The notes under the pieces are model-generated. The model searched no databases, was not told the DNA's origin, and saw only the letters and a list, made by a program, of their open reading frames with translations. A stretch of DNA of 64,000 nt from Gordius albopunctatus. Taxonomy: Eukaryota. A program made the translations under genes and the position numbers. The stretch covers positions 14,198,001 through 14,262,000 of the forward strand of contig OZ193909.1 of NCBI GenBank assembly GCA_964276515.1, in the 5' to 3' direction. Shown piece after piece: positions 53,996 through 64,000 of the stretch; the first letter of the stretch is position 1; every line of letters starts with the position of its first letter.

Positions 53996-56900
53996 TTAAA
54001 AAAGTTTCAAGGAGGGAGGTTTTATTAAACTGTGACATGATTCAAGCTTAAAAGTTTGAAAGTTATCCGTCAAACAAGGTAAGAATTTACTTAATTCCAA
54101 GGATTTTTCAGGATTTTCGTTGCAATCTACGATACCATTTTCGTCGTAAAATTCTGGTGAACAATTTCCACAAGTTTTTCTCCTGCATTTTGAGTGTGGG
54201 TAAGCTTTGCATTCTGATTTTCTGCAAGGATCCATTAAACAAAACGACGGCTGCGTCCCGCTAGGACACGTCACACCCCCAATTATTCTGATATTACCTG
54301 GCACATATATGGACCAATAATTATAATAAATAATGTTAGTTTGATTTAGTTAGAGTATAGGTAATACATCATCATGGGAATAACCAAAAAGGGGGGGGGC
54401 TCAGGGAGGGGCGGCTGCCCTCAAACCTCTAGATCCAAAAATTTGTTGCAATTTTTTAAAATTATGGCTAAAAATTGAAAAAATCTTAAATTATTAATGC
54501 TCCCCTCTAATTCCAATGCTGGCTAAGCCCATATATACACCATATAATAGAAGTTTTTGTTTAAGAAGAGCAGTAAAAGCAGCTTAAAATTTATTCGAGA
54601 GCCAAGAAAATTTGAGGGCGGTTAAAAAATCGAATATTTTTTTGAGTCAACTCTTCAAACTAATAATCCTAGCTATAATTTCAAATACGGCAACCTTAAT
54701 AGAAAGATATATATATAGGCATATGTAACATAGTAGTGATTTTGGGAAAGTCAAATTTGATAGTTTAAACTTATTTGACCATAGCAGGTCCATGTAAAAT
54801 AAAACTCATAAAAAAATTAATTTATTTAGTGATACCATTGTGTATTTATATTTTAAATATCTATTTATGTGCTATTTAACATTTATATTTACAAAATGAG
54901 TAAAGTCCGGACAGCTATGACCAAAAAATAATTATAGTTGCCGGAAGGGACTTGGGTTCAAAAAACAATGATATTGAGTAAAATTTGGCAAGTCAGACCC
55001 AACCCTGATCATTTTGTAGATGCCGAACTCGTATCAGGTTGTGCCTTGGAAGGCTTGGCATTAAAAATTATATATGATTTTATTGATTTTATCTTTATAT
55101 TTACAATTTAATGTATCATATCGGACGTTTGGTACACTGGAATATTCTATGTAAAATCTTTGATAGGGGTAAATATTACATCCAATGAACTAAATTTAGG
55201 CTGGGCTTAGTTTTCCCTTTACATAAATTTGAAATTATTTATTATTTGAATACATAATTTTATTATAGCCTTTGCGTCCCAATTTCCATTCATACTATTA
55301 ATAGTTTCAAAGTCAAAGAACTATCCATATTTTTGCTTTGCGAATAAAATTTATCCGATTTTGCTAAAAGCATGGGCGTAGCCAGGGCCCCCCTGCCCCA
55401 CCCCCCTAAATGACAAAACAAAAAACTTGCAAAATTTTTTTATGTTTTGCCACCCCCCTTAAACAACTTTCGACCCCCCCAATCTAAAACCTGGCTAGGC
55501 CCATGCTTAAAAGCCATCAGGAACATTTTTCCAAAATCTGCAACTAGGAGTGATTTCTATCAAATCTTTTTAGTTAAAACATCGTAAAAGTCACTTCAGG
55601 AAATCAAAACAACAAGAATCCACCGTTTGTCTTTTTAACCCCGTAAAATATGACGCTGATAAAGATATTCTCCATTAATTTTCCTACTATACGAGACGAG
55701 ACCCTTCCTTTTGCACAACATTGTTTTGTGTGATATTTCTTAAAGATGTGACCTGCAGTGCGGTTGTTGCTGAGGCACCGTTTCAATCGCCTGAAAAACT
55801 CCTTACCTTTTAACCGCTGTTTCAAGAAATGAATGATTTACGCAGATAAACTTTACCCTATGTTACTATGGTAGGACTAAAGGTCTTAGATATTTATGAA
55901 ATTACAGAAAAAATCATAGATGACTATTTTACTACTTAAATTTGTATAAATTTTATTTCGTTTTTTGTGTTTACAGTTCCGCATGTCGTAGCATAAAAAT
56001 GGTATGGCATGCATAATGCATTTTCATGAGTTGACCTTTTCCCCTTTAATTCTACCTTTTGCAAATTCACTGACCGACAACTAATAATAAGTTTGTGAGG
56101 TAAAAGCTATTTGCGCACGCTTTAGCACACAGGTACAAAAAATCAAGCGTAATATCTTTGAAATGATTGGAGTAAAAAGAGCTTCTTGATCTTAATAGAT
56201 TTAATGTGAACAAACAGAAAGAAGGGCTATGATTTGTATTAAAAGGAAGGGGACAAAACTCAATATAAAATTTTAAATTGTGATTAATAATTCTATTTTA
56301 GGCTGGGAGCAGCTATCTCTTCCTATGTACGCCTGGCTAAGCCCATGTTACACTCTAAATCCCACTAATAAGTGAAATATATTCTGACTTTGATAATATT
56401 CACCCAAAGTTTTTTGAATTTGCCAAAATTAAAAAAGACAATATTTATGTTTTAGGCGCACCTATCGGGGGTTTCGAGTGCCTCAAAAACTTTTTAGACG
56501 AAAATCTCTCTTCTTTAAACACCAAATTAGACATTTTTAAATCTATGCCATCTCATCATTCCTTTTATATTATAAAAAATTATTACAACATTAGCAAAAT
56601 TTTATTTTGCTTCCGCTCCACGCAAGCTTTTTTATTTAAAGATGTTCTACACAATTATGAACACTTTTTTAAATCCACACTTGAATTAATTTTAAATATT
56701 TCTTTTAACACGAATACCTGGCTTCAAGCCACTCTCCTCACAAAATCCGGTGGCCTGGGTATTCGCTCTCCAACTGCGATTTTCTTAGCCGCCTTTATTC
56801 CCTCGTCCCTTTCTTTTAAACAACCTATCAACGACCTTGTCCCTTTCTCCCTTAACCCCTCTATCAATCAAGCCTTATCTCTATCGAATGAGAATGTCAA

Positions 56901-58347
56901 TGTAGGAGTTGACATTCCACAATCATATGCCAAAAAAGATTTGGATGCAAGTTTGGTGTCGCGGTCCGTTGCTTACCTTCTCTCGACATGCGACGCCAAA
57001 CAGCATTGCAATCTTAGGTCATTGGCTTTCGACCAATCCGGTCATGAATGGCTTGAAGCTTACCCTAGTAAGTTTTCGGGAATGTTTTTAGAGAACCCTA
57101 CCCTGTCCTTCAACATAGCCCTCCGCTTGGGCTGTAAATATACGTCTTCATACCCCTGTCGGCTTTGTAATTCACTTGTAGATGAGGAAGCGCGCCACCC
57201 TCTGCATTGTAAATTTAACAAAAGCCGGTATAGTAGGCACCAAAAAGTAAATACACTGCTTTAAGCTGCCCTCGAACGGGCAAAAGTCCCTTCCATCCTT
57301 GAACCGTCAGATCCTTATCTCGAAGGGCGGATGCGCCTTGACGGTTCGTCACTTATCCCGTGGGACAAAGGCCTTTTCTTAAAATGAGACTACACCTGTA
57401 TTGACCTGTTTGCCCCTCAAACGATACTCACGACCCCCTAGGATCGGCAGAGCATCGTAAATCCTTAAAATACTCAACTTTATCAGAAACCTCCATTTTT
57501 ATTCCTATCATCTCGTCGTGCTCAGGGACGTTTGGGAATAGCGTATTAAATTTTTTAAAGAACTCAATAAACGCTCGCCTCCTTCAAAAATATCGAATAG
57601 TTTTTTACTAAGACAATCAATCACCATTGCGATCGCTAAAACCAATTTCTATTCTTTGATGGATTCAATGCCCATTCTTAAAGAAGATGAAGAAACGGAT
57701 GATGTGTTTTAATCATTTTTTTTATAAATGTTTCGTTCTTGTATCTTTTTATTAATTCCACTATATATTTAATACTCTTTTTTAATGAAGCATGTCAATT
57801 CAAAAAAAAATCAAACTAAATTCGTAATATTTATGAACAAACTCTACTTTGCCATAGAAATAATAAAATGCACGATCATTTTCTACTTGTAAGAAATTGC
57901 ATATGAAATTAAAAGGTTTTAATCCTATAATTGTGAAGTTTATAAATAGGCGCGACAAAAACTTGACTAAGTGCAATTAAGAGTTTAGAAGATTAAGGAC
58001 TTAACTTATCATGGATTAGAGTTTTATAAAAACCAATAGAGGAAATAGAATTATTATATTAAATGCTTGAATTAAACTGAAAATTTGAGCAAAAATTCTA
58101 CCATATATTATTGTTTTAAATATTCGACGATATATATAATATCATTACCTTTTTGCTGGGATGTTATCAAGGGAATAATCGCTAGAACCCATATCTATAT
58201 AAAAAAACAAAGTGTTATTAAAACTTATAACTTTTTTTTCCGAATAAAATAGTTGCTCTTAATAAGTTATCGCTTGGATGAAATTAAAAATAGAATATAT
58301 ATTACAGCGGTAAGTATTATCGATGAATATTCATTGAATACGTTCAT
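53996..58347 (-). CDS. 8-Cys-repeat secreted-type ORF 1 (exons 58347-58306, 58194-58149, 54297-53996; ~129 aa)
   Basis: Leader MNVFNEYSSIILTA|IWVLAIIPLITSQQKG joins in phase to CPSGTQPSFCLMDPCRKSECKAYPHSKCRRKTCGNCSPEFYDENGIVDC. The large intron contains a LINE and MITEs. Confidence 0.68.
54373..54533. mobile_element. hAT-type MITE (CATGGGCGTAGCCAG family)
   Basis: CATGGGAATAACCA...CTGGCTAAGCCCAT. Confidence 0.78.
55371..55505. mobile_element. hAT-type MITE (CATGGGCGTAGCCAG family)
   Basis: CATGGGCGTAGCCAGG...CCTGGCTAGGCCCATG; TSD GCTAAAAG/CTTAAAAG (6/8). Confidence 0.85.
56350..57810 (+). mobile_element. 5'-truncated, decayed CRE-like (RLE-type) non-LTR retrotransposon, copy 1
   Basis: End of RT (LGAPIGG; GGLGIR), CCHC knuckle CRLC..HPLHC, RH motif, RLE region (EP..RLDG..W..DYT), in-frame stops, and an A-run near 57802. 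Homologous to copy 2. Confidence 0.9.
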
Positions 58348-59275
58348 TTTGAAAGATAAATTCAATTATACAAATCCAAATTTGTATTCGAGAAAGTGGG
58401 TGTTTTTGAGAGGATACTGTGGGGGAGGGGTAGAATTAAAAAGTCATTTTAATTGGAGCTTTTATTTTTGCGTATATCCTCGGGTCATACTTTAACAAAT
58501 TATAGTTATTAGATACTTATAATTTTAACTGTTTCAATAAATTTTCTAAGCTATTTGTTGACAATATAATATAGGAAAGAGAAGTAGGTAAAAGGTTATG
58601 GGAAAGATCCTATACAACGAGGTCATCTCTTCCCCCTCTTTACAAGCTTCATGCTATGGCTTTGAATGACTAAAATTTAAACTTCTACCCCCTTAATAAA
58701 TGTCACACATTATCATGCATATACGGTGTGCAGTTACAATTTTGATTGGCGTAAAAACACTGGAGCGCTGCTGACTTTTGTCCCAGTGTCATCCTGGCAA
58801 AGAAGTATACAACAAAACCGATACGAGGTAGTACACCGTGTTATTCTAACCCCCTAAGCAGTCAGATTATATCGCAGTAAGACCTAAAAAGTAAGCTAAA
58901 CCAACACCCCCCCCCCCCAAACAGACCAACGGTGAGCAATTTGTTACAATGCAATGCAGTAGAGTAGATAGAGATTCTAGATGACCCCTTTCCACAATCG
59001 ATGTATTGTCTCATGTTATATATCTCATGTTAGTGCAAAATTGTAGGTCAAAGATCATGAACACGGAAGAAGATTTCTTTCACGTATAATATGCAAACTC
59101 ATCACTATGTGCTGCGCTTAGCTCACCTAACCCCGTATACTTAATCTTGGGATCAGATTTAGCCTTTATTTGTATTATTAAAATTTTTTATATATGCAGC
59201 CACTAGTTCCTTAATCAAATGTGTCCTGGGGTCTCAAATTACCTAAAACTCTAAAAAATTAAAGCATACTAAACA

Positions 59276-61496
59276 TAGGCGTAACTAGGATTTCCTCAAA
59301 GAGGGGGGGGGTTATAAAGTTTTCAAGGTGACATTTTTTTGTAACTATTTTTTGGATAAAAATGTTTTTTCCCTTAAAGTTTAAAGTGACAATATCGTAA
59401 AAATAATCAAATTGTAAAAGTAAAATTCTAACAAATATTTATTTTTATTAAATATACAATATAAAACTTTTTTTATTTATATGTTGTTTATTTGAACATA
59501 AGAACATTATAAAAACGAAGTGTCAACATTCGAGGAATATAAAAGCGGGTGTAAAACTAAATAAAAATATTATGATTCAAAAATGTCGCATGTGTCATCT
59601 TGTAAAAGTGGCCAACTGTCGGCCAGGAATTTAAAATTGTACTTTGCTATAAAAAATACCAATTTTTTGTGTAAGTAAAAAATTTGTGGAATATTTAGAA
59701 GGCGGGCAGCGACGGCTGGTTTCTTTAAAAAGCTTAATGGCGGCCGGACCTAAAGTCCCAGAATACGAGGCAACGATAGGGGTAAAGATATTAGATGGTA
59801 GGAGGGCCTGGTATTTTACCGTTTTGCGGTGTTTGGCGAGGGTCAGAGCGTTGTAGTTTTGGTTAGAGGGGGCGAAAATGTCTATGCAGGTGAAATCCCA
59901 TTTAAGGGGTAGACCATTTTGCCAAATGATGAGGGTAGAGTCGTCTGGTCGCATCCTTCCCTCCAACGAAGGGTCTGACGGCTCTAAAACGGAGGGAATG
60001 TTGGCTTTTTTAAAAGCGGCTTGGATGAGGTTATTCACCTTTTCGTGCCTTGTGTATTTAATTTTATTGTAAAGGCAGTGTAGGGGGTGCCTCGCATAAA
60101 TGTCTACGTTCTGGGAGCAGTTGCGACAGGAATATTCTTTTGAATAGGGAATTCCTAGTCTGAGGGCGATGGAGTATGCAAGCTCTGGGTCCTCCAACAT
60201 CAGTCCAAAAAGTGAACTAGGATAAGAGTTTAGCCACTCGTGACCCGATCCGTCAAAAACCAAAGATTTAAGGTTGAAGTGCTGGCGGGCGTCGCAACTC
60301 GATAAGAGGTAATCAACGGAGCGCGATACGAGGCCAGCATCCCAATCCTTTTGTCTTGAGGTTATGGGAAAGGGGGTCCCTGGGTTGACGTTGGCAGACC
60401 AGACATCTAGAGCTAGTACAAACGATGGGTCTTCGCTTTTTGTGATTAATCGATCGATCAAACCTTGGGCGGATTTATACGAGGAGATAAAGGCAGCAGC
60501 CTTTAGAGGTAGTTGGCCGTATGCCTAAGTCGCCAGCTTTAGTAGGAATGAGGCTTGGAGCCACGAAGAGGTGCTGAATTTGATGTTAAGGATGGCTTCT
60601 AGCGTGTTTTTCATGAAGCTATCGTAGCTTTTTAAAATCTCGGGTAATAAAAAAGCTGATGATGACCGGAAGCAGTGTTGAATTTTTGAGATATTAAAAT
60701 AATTTTTAATGATATAAAATGCGTGGTGTTTGGGGAGGGTATTAAGAATGTCCATCTTCGAGGTAAGGGTTGATAGGTGACTATGTAAAAACTCTCTTAA
60801 GGCGATTTGTCCACCTATTGGGGGGCCTAGATGAGTAAAACTCATCAATTCAACTTTTAAAAAAGGCTTAAAGATGGGAAATATATCTGTATCCGGGCAC
60901 TGATATATCTCACATTTAGAGATGTTCAATCTCAAGTTTAGGGAGGTTTCATAATATTGGATTAAAAGAATGGCCTTGGTGATTTCTTCCGGAGGGCCGC
61001 ATAAGGTTGCATCGTCTAGGTACCAGACGTTTAATGGTAAAGCGCATAGGTTTGAGAGGGATTCGGTTAAATTTTTGATTCCTAGACAAAACAAAGGTGG
61101 ACCTAGAGGGTAAACCTGTTGAATACCTTCTGCCGATTCAATTGAAAAGTCCCCAAACTTTAGTTTTGATATGCAACCATAACTTAAACTGGTGTAATTT
61201 GAGAACTTTGGGAACTCATCGATGAAGGAATTTATTATCGTTTCTCGGCGAATATTATTGAATGCATTGGCAAAGTCTAGTTTAACCATACAGTGATTGG
61301 AGGTAGGCGTAACTAGGATTTCCTCAAAGAGGGGGGGGGGGTTATAAAGTTTTCAAGGTGACATTTTTTTGTAACTATTTTTTGAATAAAAATGTTTTTT
61401 CCCTTAAAGTTTAAAGTGACAATATCGTAAAAATAATCAAATAATAAAAGTAAAATTCCAACAAATATTTATTTTTATTAAATATAAAATATAAAA
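59276..61496 (+). repeat. ~190-bp direct repeats (59276-59466 and 61304-61496) flanking the LINE
   Basis: The two copies differ by about 5 substitutions and a G-run length. They abut the LINE's poly(A) end and its 5' truncation point. Confidence 0.93.
59468..61303 (-). mobile_element. 5'-truncated CRE-like (RLE-type) non-LTR retrotransposon, copy 2
   Basis: RT motifs KLDFANAFN, GIQQxxPLGP, WYLDD; CRNC..HPLHC zinc knuckle; RH, RPD..W..WDFT..KY PD-(D/E)xK nuclease; 3' UTR with AATAAA and an A-tail; frameshift near 60500. Confidence 0.93.
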
Positions 61497-62049
61497 ATTA
61501 TATAAATTGAAAATCATGGGAAGGGTTCTAACCCGAAAACTACCCCCTCCCTACGCCAATAATACTAAAAATTCTTTATCACAATTTTGTTTGACTTTTT
61601 ACAAATCATTTATTGTCTAAAACATTTAAATTGGCATCTTCATTAACTCTCATATCTTTCAATGTATACAATGCTTAGAAAAGTAATTTTGTATGTCAGG
61701 AAAATAAGTTAGTTTGTTCTTTTTTTGAAAATATAGTTGATTTTCAAACTTATCATTCATTTATTTGTCCAGCTAATTATTCCTATACATTTTTTCATGG
61801 CTAAGCCGTGCACATGTGACACGGAACCTGCATTAAATCGGGTTCGGGTCGAATAAATTTAAAATGCCTGGATTCGGGTCAAGCTTGACGAAATGGAGAT
61901 GTAAAAGCTTGCTATATACTTACAAATTTAACTAATTTAAATTAGTTTGTATTTAATATTAACTTTATCTACTTTATTTATATGCTAAAAAATATGTTGA
62001 AAAGTATTTTTGTATATTTCTGGTCGTGAAAGATGCTATGATGATGATA

Positions 62050-62377
62050 TCTATATATATAAAGTAAAGTCTATGTATGTATGTGTGTATGTATGTATAT
62101 ATGTAAGGGCTAAATTCTGAAACTACCGGCCCGATTCGCGCGAAGATTTAACCGTAGATGCCCAAGGCGGCCAGGGGTAAAATAGCTTTTTCAGAATCCT
62201 AAAATTCCTTTTAGTTTTAAAAATATCGGACATTTCGTTTTAAAAAAAGGCTAAATTATGAAACTACCTGCCCGATTCGCGCGAAAATTTAGCCGTAGAT
62301 GACCAGCACGGCCAGGGGTAAAATAGCTTTTTCAGAATCCTAAAATTCCTTTTAGTTTTAAAAATATCGGACATTTC
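62050..62377 (+). mobile_element. Helitron-like 5' end with a 141-bp internal tandem repeat
   Basis: A|TCTATATATATAAAG, (TATG)n, then two copies of GGCTAAATT..AACTACC..CCGATTCGCGCGAA..GGACATTTC starting at 62108 and 62249. No 3' CTAG hairpin was found. Confidence 0.65.
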
Positions 62378-62767
62378 CTAGCCAGTTTAGAGGAAAGTTA
62401 GAATATAAGTAGAAATATGTATTAATTGCTATGCAATTTATGGGCTCGTTTTTTGTTGTCCGTCGTCCACCAAGTTATTTACACCAGCTTCCCGATTTGC
62501 AGGTTGGGGATCGAGACCCGGAGAGGACAAAATTTTTTTATTTTTTTTTAAAATTAAATTAATATTTTGTTCTTGTTAATGCCATTGATAATATGACTTT
62601 TTGACCGTACGCAAGCTACTCACCAATTAAAAAAATGACCATTGGCAAAATTTTTCGTTTTTGAATTGGGTAAAATTGATAATTACCCTATGCCCTCCCC
62701 TACAAGGGCCTATGCCTCTATTGATATGGTTCCCTGTTCCCCTCCAAAGGCTTATGCCTCTATTTAA

Positions 62768-64000
62768 CCCTCGAGAGTATTCCTCAAAAAAACTTACGCG
62801 AGAGTATTCGTGGGGTATAACTCTACCCCACTTCTAAACTTCTTATAATTTTAAAAGTATTCTTTTAAAACCTTTAAAATTTTAATAATATGTTTATAAA
62901 GGTGTTAAGATTGATGGTATAAATTTTGATATAAATCTGATCAATATTACAAAACTTATTAACAATTTTCTGGACCCCCATTTTTTTTTGGTTATTTTAG
63001 AGCTTCCCCTCATTTTACCTCTTGACATCATATACCTTAAAATAAATCAAAATAAACGTGATTTTTTAGTAAAAGAATGTTCAAAATGTATTAAAAACAT
63101 AAATTGTAAAAGATATGATCATACAAAAAAAAATACAGACATTTAAAAATTGGTTAAAATTTGGTCGTACAATTTTCACACATTATTTTCATATGACTAG
63201 AACAGATCAATTTTGAGCACTTGGAGCAAGATATTTTAGTTTTCTTATCTTGAATCCTTGGACAAATAGAACATAGACCTCTTTTTTGGGGGGGGGGGTT
63301 GGAAGATGTTTCCTCCTTAATATCCAGGATTTTTCTAAGAGAATCCTTAATATCTCTGGGCAGACGTAGATTATTTTTAAATCTAGATTCCATATAAGGT
63401 TTTGTCAATTCTTGTGCTAGTTCCTTGATATATTTACTTCTACTAATTTTCTTACCAATGTTATATTGATAGATGATCATGGAATTAATTGTTGCTATAT
63501 TTAACAAGGTGTAAAATATTGTAAGGGGTCATCTGTTTGACACCCTTGAAACATTGTAGGTTGAACTGAGTTGATCTACCACATCAACTCCCCCTTTAGT
63601 CATGTTGTAAAAGGAGATAATCTCTGGCTTTAGAGCATCCCCTGTTGCTGGATCAATTTTGCTATTATAATGTAGAGAGGATAATAATATGACTTGCTAA
63701 TATTTTTTTGGTATATAGGAAACCATGGTTAAATTCTCTTGAAAAACAAATCTGCTTGAAAATATAGGTTGCTTTCTTCTTTGGCAAAATTCTATAGGAA
63801 TTTGCCTTTTGTTTTTTTTCAAAGTGCCTACAGTTGTTAATGAATGGCTTGTAAACAAATGTTTAACTAATTCATAGCTGGTGAACCAATTGTCCATTGT
63901 CACATTTCTATTGGATTTGGAGATTGGCTTGATAAGCCTGCAGACTACATCAAAAGGCTTATAAATTAACTACCATATAGATATTTTTCCTGTGCCATTT
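62768..64000 (-). mobile_element. piggyBac transposon (3' part) with inactivated transposase
   Basis: TTAA|CCC terminus with an internal repeat CGAGAGTATTC; motifs TMDNWFTS, VGTLKKNK, YNMTKGGVDVVDQ; C-terminal Cys-rich domain CSIC..CSKC..CSSH..CENC; two in-frame stops (~63529 and 63697). Runs off the window edge. Confidence 0.93.

Larger units (their letters stand above)
59274..61561. mobile_element. hAT-type MITE split by a LINE insertion
   Basis: Left TIR CATAGGCGTAAC at 59274, right TIR CTACGCCAATA ending at 61561, perfect 8-bp TSD ATACTAAA (59266-59273 and 61562-61569). Confidence 0.88.

Noticed and set aside
54890..55050. Possible degenerate fourth Cys repeat (HCFLNP, SCPDF)
   Set aside because: The Cys spacing is not recoverable and the frames are broken.
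55604..55860. 73-aa basic ORF weakly resembling a Tc1 N-terminus
   Set aside because: Similarity is too weak and no TIRs were found.

Overview
AT-rich, intron-containing animal (invertebrate-like) genomic DNA. All gene models were hand-assembled from GT-AG sites and phase checks, and counts are by eye. Genes: (1) tRNA-splicing endonuclease subunit Sen54 (+, ~710-2012); (2) an unrecognised spliced gene, probably secreted (-, 3443-7030); (3) a ~43-exon DOCK-C (DOCK6/7/8-type) GEF (-, 17395-47897); (4) three tightly packed minus-strand ORFs at 51151-58347, each with a signal-peptide-like leader and one copy of the same 8-Cys repeat, which may be a polycistronic unit or one modular gene. Introns and intergenic DNA are full of transposon debris: several hAT-type MITE families with 8-bp TSDs, a TA-flanked ~0.9 kb element, Helitron-like elements, RTE and CRE-like (RLE) LINEs, and a dead piggyBac. 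Most notable observations: the 8-Cys cluster; a ~190-bp target-site duplication around a CRE-like LINE nested in a MITE; 33-40 nt micro-introns confined to strongly CpG-depleted gene segments; and an intronic inverted repeat bracketing four phase-0 DOCK exons (681 nt).
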